Position numbers and translations under genes: made by a program. The notes below the pieces were generated by a model. The model ran no database searches, was not told the origin of the DNA, and saw nothing but the letters and a program-made list of their open reading frames with translations. This document shows, piece after piece, positions 38,481 through 51,270 of a stretch of DNA of 64,000 nt; the first letter of the stretch is position 1; each line of letters starts with the position of its first letter. The stretch is from Mobula hypostoma (taxonomy: Eukaryota): NCBI RefSeq assembly GCF_963921235.1, contig NC_086106.1, forward strand, positions 24,738,001 to 24,802,000. Direction: 5' to 3'.

Positions 38481-39064
38481 GCTGTGAAAGCGAAATTCAT
38501 GATCACGCAACCAAGAATCGGACATAGAACGGAACATTGCAATGCAATAATAGTATTCGCCCAAGAAAGAGCAGAATAGTTTACCGACTTTAACATATAT
38601 CTAAGCTTTGCATCCTAAGCATTGCTTCATTTATTTTCTTTATTCTGTCTGATTAACTAAGAATTTCATAATTGCCGCAATATATCTGCTACGACCACAA
38701 CACCTGACAGGTTGTTCTACGCACCCACAACTCTCTGTGAAAAGAACTCTACTCTGATATCCAATCACCATATCCAAGTTCCGATGAATTTATATTATGA
38801 CCCTGCCTATGTTATCTGACCGCCCTTAGAAAAAAAAAATCTCTGATTATCCAGTCGATTCATGCATCTTGGTTTCTTATAGAACTCTGTCAAGTCTCAG
38901 CCGATGCTCCTTCACTTCAAGTAGAAAGGTCCATGCCCGCCCATACTTTTTTTTTCGAATAAGAAGTACTCAGTCAAGGCAACATCCCAGTAAATCGAAT
39001 CCACACCGTCTCCAACGTTATTACATACTTCCGAAAAGAAGGCAAACAGAACTCAATAATATTC

Positions 39065-39152
39065 CATCAAACTTGCTGGTGAACGCAGCGGGCCAGGCAG
39101 CATTTCTTGGAAGAACTACTGTCGATGTTTCAGGCCGAGACCCTACGTCAGG
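39065..39152 (-). mobile_element. Penelope terminal fragment with degenerate hammerhead motif
   Basis: Minus strand CTGACGTAGGGTCTCGGCCTGAAACATCGAC..GCTGCCTGGCCCGCTG. Confidence 0.65.
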
Positions 39153-39159
39153 GATAATC

Positions 39160-40767
39160 AAAGTGGATAAATGCCCGGTACCTGACAGGGTGTTCCCTCG
39201 GTCCTTGAAGGAGACTAGTGTTGAAATTGCGGGGGCCCTGGCTGAAATATTTAAAATGTCGCTGTCTACAGATGAGGTGCCGGAGGATCGGAGAGTGGCT
39301 CACGTTGTTCCGTTGTTTAATTAAGGATGGAAAAGTAATCCTGGAAATTATAGGCCAGTAAGTTTAACGTCGGTAGTAGGTAAGTTATTGGAGGGAGTAC
39401 TAAGAGACAGAATCTACAAGCATTCCGATAGACAGGGACTTATTAGGGAGAGTCAAAATGGCTTTGTGCGTGGTAGGTCATGTTTGACCAATCTATTGGA
39501 GATTTTCGAGGAGGTTACCAGGAAAGTGGATGAAGGGAAGGCAGTGGACATTGTCTACATGGATTTCAGTAAGGCCTTTGACAAGGTCCCGCATGGGAGG
39601 TTAGTTAGGAAAATTCAGTCGCTAGGTATTCATGGAGAGGTGGTAAATTGGATTAGACATTGGCTCGATGGAAGAAGCCAGAGAGTGGTGGTAGAGAATT
39701 GCTTCTCTGAGTGGAGGCCTGTGACTAGTGGTGTGCCACAGCGATCAGTGCTGGGTCCATTGTTATTTCTCATCTATATCAATGATCTGGATGATAATGT
39801 GGTAAAGTGGATCAGCAAGTTTGCTGATGATACAAAGATTGGAGGTGTAGTAGACAGTGAGGAAGGTTTACAGAGCCTGCAGAGGGACTTGGACCAGCTG
39901 GAAAAATGGGCTAAAAAAATGGCAGATGGAGTTTAATACTGACAAGTGTGAGGTATTGCATGTTGGAAGGACAAACCAACGTAGAACATACAGGGTTAAT
40001 GGTAGGGCACTGAGGAGTGCAGTGGAACAGAGGGATCTGGGAATACAGAACTAAGTCCCTAAACGTGGCGTCACAGGTAGATGGGGTCGTAAACAAGAGC
40101 TTTTGGTACATGGGCCTTTATTAATCAAAGTATTGAGTATAAGAGCTGGAATGTTATGATGAGGTTGTATAAGGTATTGATGAGGCCGAATCTGGAGTAT
40201 TGTGTTCAATTTTGGTCAGCAAATTACAGGAAGGATATATATACGGCTGAAAGAGTGCAGAGAAGGATTACAAGGATGTTGCCGGGACTTGAGAAACTCA
40301 GTTACAGAGAAAGGTTGAATAGGTTGGGACTTTATTCCCTGGAGCGTAGAAGAATGAGGGGAGATTTGATAGAGGTATATAAAATGATGACGGCTATAGA
40401 TAGAATGAATGCAAGCAGGCTTTTTTCACTGAGGCAAGGGGAGAAAGAAAAAAAAACAGAGGACATGGGTTTAGGGTGAGGGGGGAAAAGTTTAAAGGGA
40501 ACATTAGCGGGGGCTTCTTCACACAGAGAGTGGTGGGAGTATGGAATGAGCTGCCAGACGAGGTGGTAAATGTGGGTTCTTTTTTTAACATTTAAGTATA
40601 AATTGGACAGATACGTGGATGGGAGGAGTATGGAGGGATACGTTCCGTGTGCAGGTCAGTGGGACTAAGCAGAAAATGGTTCGGCACAGCCAAGAAGGGC
40701 CAAAAGTCCTGTTTTTGTGCTGTAGTTTCTATGGTTTCTATGGTTTCTTCTGCACCATTTCTATGAT
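39160..40767 (+). mobile_element. CR1 LINE, 5'-truncated
   Basis: NYRPVSLTS..YMDFSKAFDKVPH..GVPQRSVLGP..FADD; (TTTCTATGG)n tail at about 40725-40767. Confidence 0.93.
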
Positions 40768-40779
40768 TTTCACTTCCGT

Positions 40780-41580
40780 CCGGTACTGAGGTGACCAGAA
40801 TTGAGAACAAAACTTCAAGTGCGGTCTGACCAGGGTCATATATAGCTGCAACATTACCTCTCGGCTTTCAAACTCAATCCCAAGATTGATCAATGTCATT
40901 TGCGCCATATGCCTTCTTAATAATAGAGTCAACCTGCGTAACATTTTTGAGTGTCCTATGAACTCGGACCCCAAGATACCTATGATCCTTCACACTGCCA
41001 ACAGCCTTGCAATTAGTGTTATATGCTGCCATCATATTTGATCTACCAAAATAAGCCGCCTCACACCTATTTAGGTAGAACGCCATCTGCCACTTCTCAG
41101 CCAACTTTTGCATCCTATCATTGTCCAGCTGTAACATCTGACAACCTCCGCAGTATCGACAACAGAACCAACTTTGCGTCATCAGCAAATTTACACACCC
41201 ATCCTTGCAATTCCTCATCCAGGTAATTTATAAAGCCCAAAAGGATAGGGGTCCTAGAACAGATCCCTGAGGCACACCACACGTCACCAGCCTCCATGCA
41301 GAATATGACCCGTCTGCAAACTCTGCTTGCCTTCTGTAGGCAAGCCAGTTCTGGATCGACAAAGCAATGTCTCCTAGGATACCATAGCACCTTACTTTCT
41401 CAATAAGCCTTGCATGGTGTTCCTTATCAAAGGCCTTGCTAAACTCCATATGTACTACATCTACGGTTCTAACTTTATCAATATATTTAGTCACATCTTA
41501 AAAAAAGAAAACAAAAAAAAAACAATCAGGCTCGTAAGGCATTTGTCTTTGACAAAGCCATGTTGACTATTGCTAATCAT
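40780..41580 (-). mobile_element. CR1 RT fragment
   Basis: HMEFSKAFDK..GVPQGSVLGP..KFADD..LVRPHLKFC. Confidence 0.88.
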
Positions 41581-42099
41581 ATTATGCCTCTCGAATTTTT
41601 TCTTAATCCGTCCTCTCAGGATCTTCTTCTCCGTCCCTACTTCCAAGAACCCTAAAACTATGCCCTCTCGTGCTAGCCATTACAGCCCTGGGAAAAAGCC
41701 ACTGACTATCCACACGAACAATGTTTCTCATTAACTTGAACACCTCTACGTAGTGCTTAATCATTTAACTTTATCGTGGCGAGTCTCTGGGTCCAAAAAA
41801 GATCCATATGGTTATTCAAAGTAGAAACCTGCATTAAGGACCACTGGAGCTGTATCAGCTTGGGTTACTCCTGGAAATATTCTGCAGCAGAAAATTGCAT
41901 TCGCAATGGCCATGGGATTGACTTCGACGACAGAAATTTTCTGTACCTCGTCTGGTGAAGAAAACCATTGAAACAGAAACTCGGAAAAATAAATATAACA
42001 CCGGCCGTCTCGCTACAAGTAACACGTGTGTATTGATTGATTGGAAACAAGTTGTGGCAGCTGAAGCCTAATTATACGAGGACTAAACAATCAGATGGC

Positions 42100-44560
42100 C
42101 GATCGAAGGGGCAATAAATATCACCGGGCACATGTATCATCGTTGATGTTTTTTGGCAGAGTTTGCCGTGGAAGCGTCGGTAGAATTTGACGTGTGTAAT
42201 AAAACGGATTTAATGAGGGGACTCGAGGTAAAGGAGCCATTAGGAGGTAGTATGATCATATGATAATCATACTATAATTTTATATAATAATATCATAAGT
42301 TTTAATCTATAATTTGAGAGGGAGAAGGGAAAATCGGAAGTGTCAGTATTACAGTTGAACAAAGGGGACTAACGAGCCATGAGGGAGTAGCTGGCCAAAG
42401 TTGACAGGAAAGATACCGTAGCAGGGATGACAGTGGGACAACAATGGCAAATATTTCTGGGAATAATACAGAAGGTGCAGGATCAGTTCATTCCAAAGAG
42501 GAAGATATTCTACGGGGAGTAAGGGGCGAACGTGGATGACAAGGGATGTCAAGGACAGTATAACAATATAAGAGAAGAAGTATAATAGAGCCAAGATGAG
42601 CGGGAAGCCAAAGGATTAGGAAGCTTTTAAAGAGCAACGGAAGATAACTAATAAGGCAACACAGGAAGAAAAGATGAGATACTAAGGTAAGCTAGCCAAG
42701 GATATAAAGGAACGTAGTAAAAGCTTCTTTAGGTATATGAAGAAAAAACAAATAGTTAAGTCGAAAGTTGGACCCTTGAAGACAGAAACGGGTGATTTTA
42801 TTATGGGCAACAAGGAAATGGCAGACGAGTTGAACAAGTACTTTGGATCTGTCATCACTAGGGAAGACACAAACAATCTCCCAGATCTAATACTGTCCAG
42901 AGGACATACAGTAACGGAGGAATTGAAGGGAATTCATCTTAGGCAGAAAGTAGTGTTGGTTAGGCTGATGGGAATGAAGGTTAATAAATCCCAAAGGCCT
43001 GATGGTTCGCATCTTAGGGAACTTAAGGAGGTGTCTCTAGAAATCGTGGAAGCATTGGTAATCATTTTCCAAACGTCGATAGATTCAGGGTAAGTTCCTG
43101 AGGATTGGAGGGTAGCTCATGTTATCCCACTTTCTAGGAAAGTAGGGAGAGAGAATAAAAGAGAATTATAGACCAGCTAGCCTGACATCAGTGGTGGGGA
43201 GGACTCTGGAGTCAATTATAAAAGATGACATAGCGTCACATTGGGATAGCAGTAACAGAATCGGTCCGAGTCAGCATGGATTTACGAAGGAGAAATCATG
43301 CTTGACTAATCTTCTGGATTTTTTGAGGATATATCTATGAAAATGAACAAGGGAGAGCCAGTGGATAGAATGTACCTGGACTTCCAGAAAGCCTTTGATA
43401 AGGTCCCACATAGGAGATTAGTGGGCAAGAGTAGAACACATGGTATTGGGGATAGGGTACTGACATGGATAGAAAATTTGTTTGCAGACGGGAAACAAAG
43501 AGTAGGGATTAACGCGTCCCTTTCAGAATAGCACGCAGTGACTAGTGGTTTACCGCACGGCTTGGTGCTGGGAACACAGCTATTTACAATATATATTAAC
43601 GATTTAGATGAAGGTATTAAAAGTAACATTAGCAAATTTGCAGATGACACAAAGGTGGGTGGCAGTGTGAAATGTGAGGAGGATGTTATGTGAATGCAGG
43701 GTGAATTGGACAGGTAGGGTGAGTGTGCAGATGCATGGCTGATGCAGTTTAATGTCGATAACTGTGAGATTATCCACTTTGGTGCAAGAGCAGGAAGGCA
43801 GATTACTATCTGAATGGTGTCATGTTGGAAAAAAAGGGAAGTTCAACGAGATCTAAATGTCCTTGTGCATCAGTAACTGAAAGTAAGCATGCAGGTACAG
43901 CAGGCAGTGAAGAAATCTAATGGCATTTTGGCCTTCATAAAAAGGAGAGTTGAGTATAAGAGCAAGTAAGTCCTTCTGCAGTTCTACAGGGCCCTGGTGA
44001 GTTCGCACCTGGAGTATTGTGTGCAGTTTTGGTCTCTAAATTTGAGGAAGGACATTCTGCTATTGAGGGAGTGCAGTGTAGGTTCACGAGGTTAATTCCC
44101 GGGATGGCGGGCTGCCATATGTTGAAAAGTTGGAGTGACTGGCCTTGTATACACTGGAATGTAGAAGGATGAGATGGGTCTGATTGAAATATATAACATC
44201 ATTAAAGGATTCGACACGCTAGAGGCAGGAAACATTTTCCCAATGCTACGGGAGTCCAGCATCAAAGGCTACAGTTTAAGAATAAGGGGGTCGGCCATTC
44301 AGAACGGAGTTGAGGAAAACTTTTTCACCCAGGGAGCTGTGGATTTGTGGAATACTCTGCGTCAGAAGGCAGTGCAGGCCAGTACTCTGGATGCTTTCAG
44401 GAAAGAACTAGATAGAGCTGTTAAAGATACCGGAGTGAAGGGATATGGGGAGAAGGCTGGAACGGAGTATTGATTGTGTGTGATCATCCATGATCACAGT
44501 AAATGGCGGGGCTGGCTTGAAGGCCCGAATGTCCTAATCCTGCACCTATTGTCTATTGTC
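42100..44560 (+). mobile_element. CR1 LINE, decayed ORF2 with (CTATTGT)n tail
   Basis: GPLKTETG..LNKYF..YLDFQKAFDKVPH..KFADD..LEYCVQFW; many stops. Confidence 0.92.
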
Positions 44561-45698
44561 TGAACCCCGCTGGTAAACCCGAGAATTGTTTATTCGTAGT
44601 GCATAGCCAAGCTGCTCCATTTGTCATGCATGCTGGAGCGCAATTTTACCTAGAGACGTATGGTTATGCGTGTAATATAAGAGCCATAGTCAATATTTGG
44701 CATTATGGTTGATAAGTAGCCGTGTGTACTGACTTCAGACCAAATTCAAAGCTACATTAACCAAGGCACTGCCTGCAATAACTTCACTAGAAACAAAATT
44801 AAAGTTACAAGTGTTTGGGATTACAGATTAAATTGACAACACTGTATTTTTTTTTTGTCATTGATTTCTGTTTATCGCTCTTTCTTCGTCTTCAATTACA
44901 GTCAGAACCAAGAAAATGTTATCAGTATTTGCCTTCACCCGGTGCTCACATATAGTAAAGGCCATGTATTTTTTGAGGAATTAACACCGACAGATTCTGA
45001 TGTACTTAGAGAGTGAAAGATTCCACGACAAACATCAGTAATAGAAACATCGCAGTGACTATGTTTACTACATTCTGAACATCAGATTTCCAGTCTGACA
45101 TACAGTGGGTTATTGGTGTGAACGACCATAAAAAAAGAGTTGTTGCTGTATGTACAGTTTTGGTCACACTACTAAAGCAATTATATGGTAATTAGAGGGA
45201 GGATGAGAAAGCCATTAACTAGATATTATTGAAAAGCAGGCCGGATGTTCAAAATACAGACTGGATAACTCCAAGTATTCTTTTTCCCTTGATGCAGCTG
45301 GCAGAGGAGAGAACTGTTTGAGGTTTATAAGAAATATAAATTACATACTTAGGATAGAACGCTAAAACAGTTTCTCCCACTGAAGCCTTCTCTAAGCGGT
45401 GGTTAAAGTGTGCGAGGAAAGAACGCCAGAGAAGATCAAGTGAGAGATTGTTTTACACAGATGATATTTCATGGAGTTAGGAGCTAAGACGAAATGAGCG
45501 ACCGTGAGCTGAAGCCAGCTCGGAATAACAATCGTTCAAAGTACACTTTGCTGTTGATAAGGAAACGGAAATCTTGGAGAGATGTTCGATGAATGCAGGT
45601 GAAACGAAATTCCAACTATTGGAACAGCAGTTAGAAGAACATGAGAAGCGAAAGCACATGATTTTATTGTTACATGCACAAGGAGATCTGTTTTTTTT

Positions 45699-46521
45699 TG
45701 TAATGGTCTTTTGGAGGTCACCTGATGTGATTTTCCAGCCCATGTGCGGTCACGTGATGACATCTGCCCCCATGAATATATAAAAGTCGACCCAGGTGAT
45801 GCAGTTAGTTTTTGAGTTTGTAGATTTCCAGGTAGAACGTGTTGTGCCTCCGTTTCTGTTGCGTGTTTGTTTTTGTGACGCAGTCTCGTTTTTTTTAAAC
45901 GGAAGTGCGTTCTCTTGCAAGATGATGTATTATTAGACTGGAAATGTGTGGCTGGAAGTGCCTATTTACTCAATTCCGACATTTGAAGGGAGAGTGAAGA
46001 ATTCATCGAAGGATCGAGCATCGATTGGCAGTTTAATAAATGATCGACCTTACTGAGTCTTCATTGGAAAGAACCTGCATCGAGATAACTCTTGCAAAGG
46101 GCATTGAGTCCATGCAATAAGGTCCTCTCTCTCTCTAAAGGAGTTTAAGGTCAGTCGATTTAAATTGTTTATTTTCGGCATCGGGAATCCTGTGGACAGA
46201 ACCAGCAGTAAAGGTGCGTCTGTGAAGAAATCCTTCTCCAGAGAAGTCTCTGCCAACTGAATGTGTTAAAGTGTTAAGACTTTCGAAGTTATCGCTTTAA
46301 GAACTATATCTGACTGTATCGCTTTAAGAAATGTTCTCGCATTTAACTCTTTAAGAACCAGTTCCGAGTGGAGTTGGTGAACGCTGAATATCTGTTAAGT
46401 CCGGTTAAAGTTTCCCTTTGTTTTTTTTTTCCCCCTTATCGTTTATACGTGTTTAATAAATGTTTGGTTGTTTTTATATAACCAGTCTCGATTAATATTC
46501 ATTGTTGCCGGTTACGTAACA
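45699..46521 (+). mobile_element. Solo LTR (823 bp)
   Basis: TGTAATGGTCTT...CATTGTTGCCGGTTACGTAACA with internal TATAAAA and AATAAA; flanking 4-mers TTTT/TTGT. Confidence 0.8.
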
Positions 46522-47539
46522 TTGTAATAACAAATACTCTATTATAGTACTCAATATAGTACGTAGATAAATAAAATTAAGTAAATTAAACCATGGTCCA
46601 GATTGTTATAGGATGAGAGATGTCGAATGGGCTTGTGCATTTTAATAGTCCTGTCCAATCTACTATTAGGCCCGTTTATTATTTTTAAACAAATTCGGCT
46701 CACATTTTCCAAGTCACACTTCTGCTTACAATATTTGTGCATTTGACACAGATTTAGCCCGTCTCAGTATGGCTCGATATCACACTGGACAAGATTCTTT
46801 TTTGTTTTATATGCTGCTTGCTTGATTTTTTTTGTTTGTTTGTTTATGTTAATCACATTGAAGCTGAACAGAAATGAAACACTTGGCTTCTTTGGTTGCA
46901 TAAGTCGAAGGAAGACACTCTCCGGTCCAGCCAAATTCGGAAGATTGAGACGGCTCTCCAATGCCAAGCATCGGCTTGTGAGATTGCCTTGTAATTTGCT
47001 ACCCCGTAACAAATTAGTGGCACAAAGAGACAGACAGTGCCCGGTATGTGATTGAGGGAATTATATTAATAAATTTGAAGTTAACTAAAGTGCTAGTAAA
47101 GAAAATCAAAAATAAAAGTGCTCATTTTAATTAAACAGTCAAATGTGCACAAGGTGGATCTCAGTACAAGTTGGAGCACACCGTTTCACCATATTCACCG
47201 TTCCTCAATCGATCATTCCTCCTGGCATCATCGAATCATGGTCCCGTTCCGGGTATATTCGTACGTCCTATTTCTCCATCTCCGGCCGAACCAAATCACC
47301 AGGCCCAACGTTATTTTCCCTCAGCAGAAAAAACTCTCTTCAGTTCAATCATCCTAACCCTGTGTCACACAATCCCCTTCATACCTTATCACTAACAATT
47401 GAGCAAAACATGCTAAGGAAGAACATATTGCTCTTACCAACGTGCCAAACGAAATTCATAAAGCATAATAGCTTTCAAAATACAACAGGGCATTACACTA
47501 TTCCCCCAAGAAAGTAGTCATGCCTTCATGACTTCGAAA

Positions 47540-47760
47540 TAATTCGTAATTCCATCATTAATAAGACCATTTTCAAAGGAAACTTAAAATCGGTCAGAAC
47601 CTCCAACACATTTGTAAATGTAGTGATATATCTCACAAGGGGATATTCCTGACACTATGTTCCCACGGGGCTACATAGGACAGACTATCTGGGTATCTTC
47701 TGACTCTTTGAGCCCTCCTTATCCCATCACCTATTTCTCTTTGGAATACTCTTTGGGACA
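47540..47760 (-). mobile_element. Small CR1 endonuclease-region fragment
   Basis: Minus strand resembles the CR1 APE segment (YSKE..DGIRRA..PDSLSYVAPWEHSV). Confidence 0.4.
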
Positions 47761-47810
47761 CGCTTTGGGATATTTCTGCTCTACCTGGCGAGTCTTCCTA
47801 CGATCGATTA

Positions 47811-48690
47811 CAGTGGACAACAAAGATTTTGCTTCCTCAATAATGTAGGTGTATCTGATGAGTTTTGGGCTACTGATTATGTAGATCAACATGAACTGTT
47901 CTCATCATGCACAGTTTTTAAATAAACTTGTGTTTATTATATCAATTCAAGTTTCAAGTCAATTAAACTATTGCCGATAATGTAAGCTGGCAAGTTTCCT
48001 ATCTTGCCCAGGCATGCTTAGGCGTTGAGGTTGCTGCATAGCACGACAGGTTTCCGGAATAATTATTGGATTCAAGACTGTAAGGATGGAATTTGCTTTC
48101 ACTGGGCACAAGGATTTCAATGAGGAATTTTGATATTTGAGACTGGTGCTTCCCAGAATAACTGATGCTAAGATTAAGTAAGGCGTTTTTGTTGGTCCAC
48201 AAATCAAACAGGCCACCAATGACAGGCAATTTGAAGCATTTCTAGTGGAACCGGAGAAAATCACGTGAAAAGGATTCAAGGAAATTGTTGAAATTGTTCT
48301 CGGCATCTCCAGAGCACCAAACTCGATGCAGCTGGTTGAAAGCATGCCTCAAACATATCAAACCATTAAATGCAACATGTCACTAAAGATTCATTTTCTG
48401 CATTCCCATTTAGACCTCTCCCTGCAAATCTTGGTGCTGTTAGTGACGAGCATGGTGAAAGTTCTCACCAGGACATTGCGGTCATGCAGAAAAGATACCA
48501 GGACAACTTGAATCCATCAATAAGGGCGAATTATTGCTTTACGCTTAAGCGAGAAGCCTCAAACACTTAGTACAAATGAAAGTCATTCACAAAATATTTT
48601 AACTCAGTTGAAATGTTGCAAAGCATCAGTTACATTATGCAATTAAACACATTATTATCAATAAAAGTTAAGTTGTTTTTTTCTCCGGAT
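47811..48690 (+). mobile_element. Chapaev-like (CMC) DNA transposon deletion derivative
   Basis: C-terminal transposase frames FPRITDAKIK.GVFVGPQIK..CNMSLKIHFLHSHLD..ANLGAVSDEHGE..HQDIAVMQKRYQ. Candidate 5' TIR CAGTGGACAACAAAGATTTTGCTTCC; no 3' TIR seen. Confidence 0.7.
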
Positions 48691-48969
48691 AGATGTGGTA
48701 GCTCGAAATGCTGATGCTACACTTAAATAATTCAATCTATATGTTTCTGAGGAATTCTTTTTTGTTTGTTATGTAAATTTCTCAGTTATGCTCACTCAGT
48801 AGTCAAACAAAAATATCGAAAGTAATTTTGGTTTACAGTTAGCACAGTACATGTGTGAAGAATATGCAAATTGCAGACCTGAGCCAGTTAGTTCCTCACA
48901 GCTAGTTTCGAAAGCGTTAAATGTTTGTATTCACTTTCAACGATGGGCACATTTGTAAATACTTCTTAG

Positions 48970-49290
48970 GACTGAAAAACAAAATGAGTCTCAGTTTACT
49001 GCTTGTTTTATGGACTTATTTGGAATGTGCCAGCTCTGTAGGGAGAGGGAATTATTCACTGACACGAATGTTTGTCGGTACAAAGAGAATGAGTCTGAAA
49101 TGCCGACACTTATGTAAAGAGACCTGGGAACACAAAACAACTGGAACCGACAGAAACTGTTTTCTGCATATTTCTTAAAAATTACAGAGCTTCCTGCCTG
49201 TTCCGCTGAACATATCTATCTTCATAAGTACCGATTTATTTGTTTCAATTTACACAAGCTGAACGCACAATATAAATGGCAGGACCAAAT
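48970..49290 (+). pseudogene. Ancient plus-strand V relic, family A (copy 2)
   Basis: TTCTTAG acceptor at about 48969, Cys TGT 49026 and TGT 49241 (215 nt apart), NVCRYKE..MPTL (NVFWYRQ-like), CAC at 49253. Confidence 0.5.
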
Positions 49291-49479
49291 TACTAAACAA
49301 GTTCGTTTAGGTTCATACTGTGTAAAAGGGTGGTGCAGAAACTGACTTGCTCAAGCAAATGTTTACAAGTGTTCAAGCAAAACTTGGGATATATTCATTA
49401 AACGTCATTTTTCCACGTTTCAAAAAAAAAAAAATCTCAGTAATTACAACCGCAACAGAAGAAAATGCACCACAAATGG

Positions 49480-50048
49480 CATCAAATGGCAATGAACTGG
49501 TCGAATGCGTGAATGATCGTTAGCTAAGAAAGTTATGCTTTCGAAACCCAGTGACGACCAAGCCTGCATCCCGTTCTCGCGCAGAGGAATCGTATAGTGG
49601 GGGAAATATCCCGATGCTGTGGGAAGCTACTGTGGTAGCGATTGCCAGGAAATCGGCTACAAAGGTCTAAAATAGATGGTGAGTGATTGATGAGGGGAGA
49701 CTGGCCACGAGTTTCATAAGGAAAAGGTCAAACAGTTATAAAATAGCCTATAGGTTAGCACAAAGATATACTGTTCCTATGACCCGTATTTAATTTGCAC
49801 CACTGTTTCTAAAGCCGTTGTACTTCCTTCCTGGAACACGTGGGATTTATGTCAGTTGCAGTCGTTTCCACCATCAGCCCAAACTCTGGAAGGATTTGCT
49901 AGGCTGATTGGTTATTGCAAATTATAGCGTGATTACGCTTGGATTAAATCCGGATATTGCCGGACTGCGTACCTCGAGGTGCGGAAAGGGCTAATTCCTC
50001 ACTGATATCAAGAAACAAATAAGTAATCAAATAAACAAACAAACACAT
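49480..50048 (-). pseudogene. Ancient inverted V relic, family B (copy 2), with open leader
   Basis: 46-nt phase-1 leader 50048-50003 (MCLFVYLITYLFLDI) with GTGAG donor. Exon CGATTTCCTGGCAATCGCTACCACAGTA (R-FPG..PQY); internal deletions. Confidence 0.6.
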
Positions 50049-50986
50049 AAGTAAATAAATAAAAATCGGCATACCCTTTAAATCAATATGTTCGGGGCGA
50101 AGTCGGGATGAATTTGGATTTTTAAATAATTTATCCAACGCTTATAGATGACAGGTAAATTAAATTAAATGCTTACGCTCTTTGGATTTTTGCAGAACCG
50201 AAGAAACCGTTTACAATGCATGCCGCGATCTCCCTCAGAACTGCAGCTATTGATTACACAATTTCGAGTGAAAGATGAAACAGAATTTCACTGTATCAAT
50301 AAATCGGTTCATGCGCACTTTATCTGCTACATTTGAATTCATTTATCACTGTGTTCACAGTGAAGTTACAGGAGGGAAAGTTTGTTCAGACGCGGAAATA
50401 AATTGCACCTTAGTAGCGAAATATCGTGTTACCCTTGTGACCCTCTAAATCACGCATCATAAATCTGTTTGAAGCAGGAACATTCTAAGTTTGCAGTAGG
50501 CTTTCAATTTCAAATTTCCCTTTTGATTTAAAGTTCTGTATTTTTGTACGTCTTGAATTTTGAGCAACGATTTCATAATATGAACAGAGTGATGCAATGA
50601 GAACATTGTCTTCCGAAAGATCATTTTGAAAATTTTAGTAATGGACCAGATAATACCAGATGTACGATGTTATTCGGAAAGAGTGAGATGCTCCAGAGGG
50701 TACAAGTGTTTGAACAGTAAAGCTCGCAGACTGAAAGGGTGAGTAACTGTTCCTAGATAGTCTCACCCTCCAACAGTAGTTCAGTCGATTTAAATTGTCA
50801 TCATTAAACGCACTACCTACTGAATTGTTTTAAACGCTATTACATATTTATTTGTTTGTTTGCTTGGTTATTTAACCTTTTCCCTTCATCTACAGAACGA
50901 TCTATCTGTTCGTCTGCGACAAATAATTTGGCTAATTATTTATTTTTATTTTTTAAATTCTATTTAATTAATTACCATTAGTTTAT

Positions 50987-51270
50987 GTGGCCAAGTGGTT
51001 AAGGCGTTCGTCTAGTGATATGAATGTCGCTGGTCGAGCCTTGGCTGATGCAGCGTGTTGTGTTCTCGAGCAAGGCACTTAACCACACTTTGCTCTGCGA
51101 CGACACCGGTGGCAAGCTGTATGGGTCCTAATGTCTTTCCCTTGGACAACATCGTTGGTGTGGAGAGGGCAGACTTGCAACAAGGGCAACTGTCAGTCTT
51201 CCATATAACCTTGCCCAGGCCTGCGCCCTGGAAACCTAACAAGGCACAAATACATAATCTCACGAGTCTA
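50987..51270 (+). mobile_element. tRNA-derived SINE
   Basis: A box GTGGCCAAGTGG and B-box-like GGTCGAGCC; the 3' body is shared with the 14370-14480 repeat. Confidence 0.8.

Noticed and set aside
38185-38579. Leu/Ser-rich ORFs
   Set aside because: Translation of the (TC)n microsatellite.
47100-47520. Overlapping ORFs in unexplained CpG-rich sequence
   Set aside because: No recognisable motif, splice signal or paralogue; probably an old repeat fragment.
48864-48871. ATGCAAAT octamer 113 bp before an ATG (Ig-like promoter)
   Set aside because: Found in only one of three paralogous copies, in sequence that is not homologous to the others; chance is likely.
48921-49178. ORF with signal-peptide-like MSLSLLLVLWTYLECASS as a new secreted protein
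   Set aside because: Both paralogues have frameshifts and stops. It is better explained as part of the family-A V relic.
50347-50362. Back-to-back heptamers CACTGTG-TT-CACAGTG resembling a D segment
   Set aside because: No nonamer at 12 or 23 bp on either side, and the paralogous copies (about 16355-16373 and 63925-63938) do not keep both heptamers.
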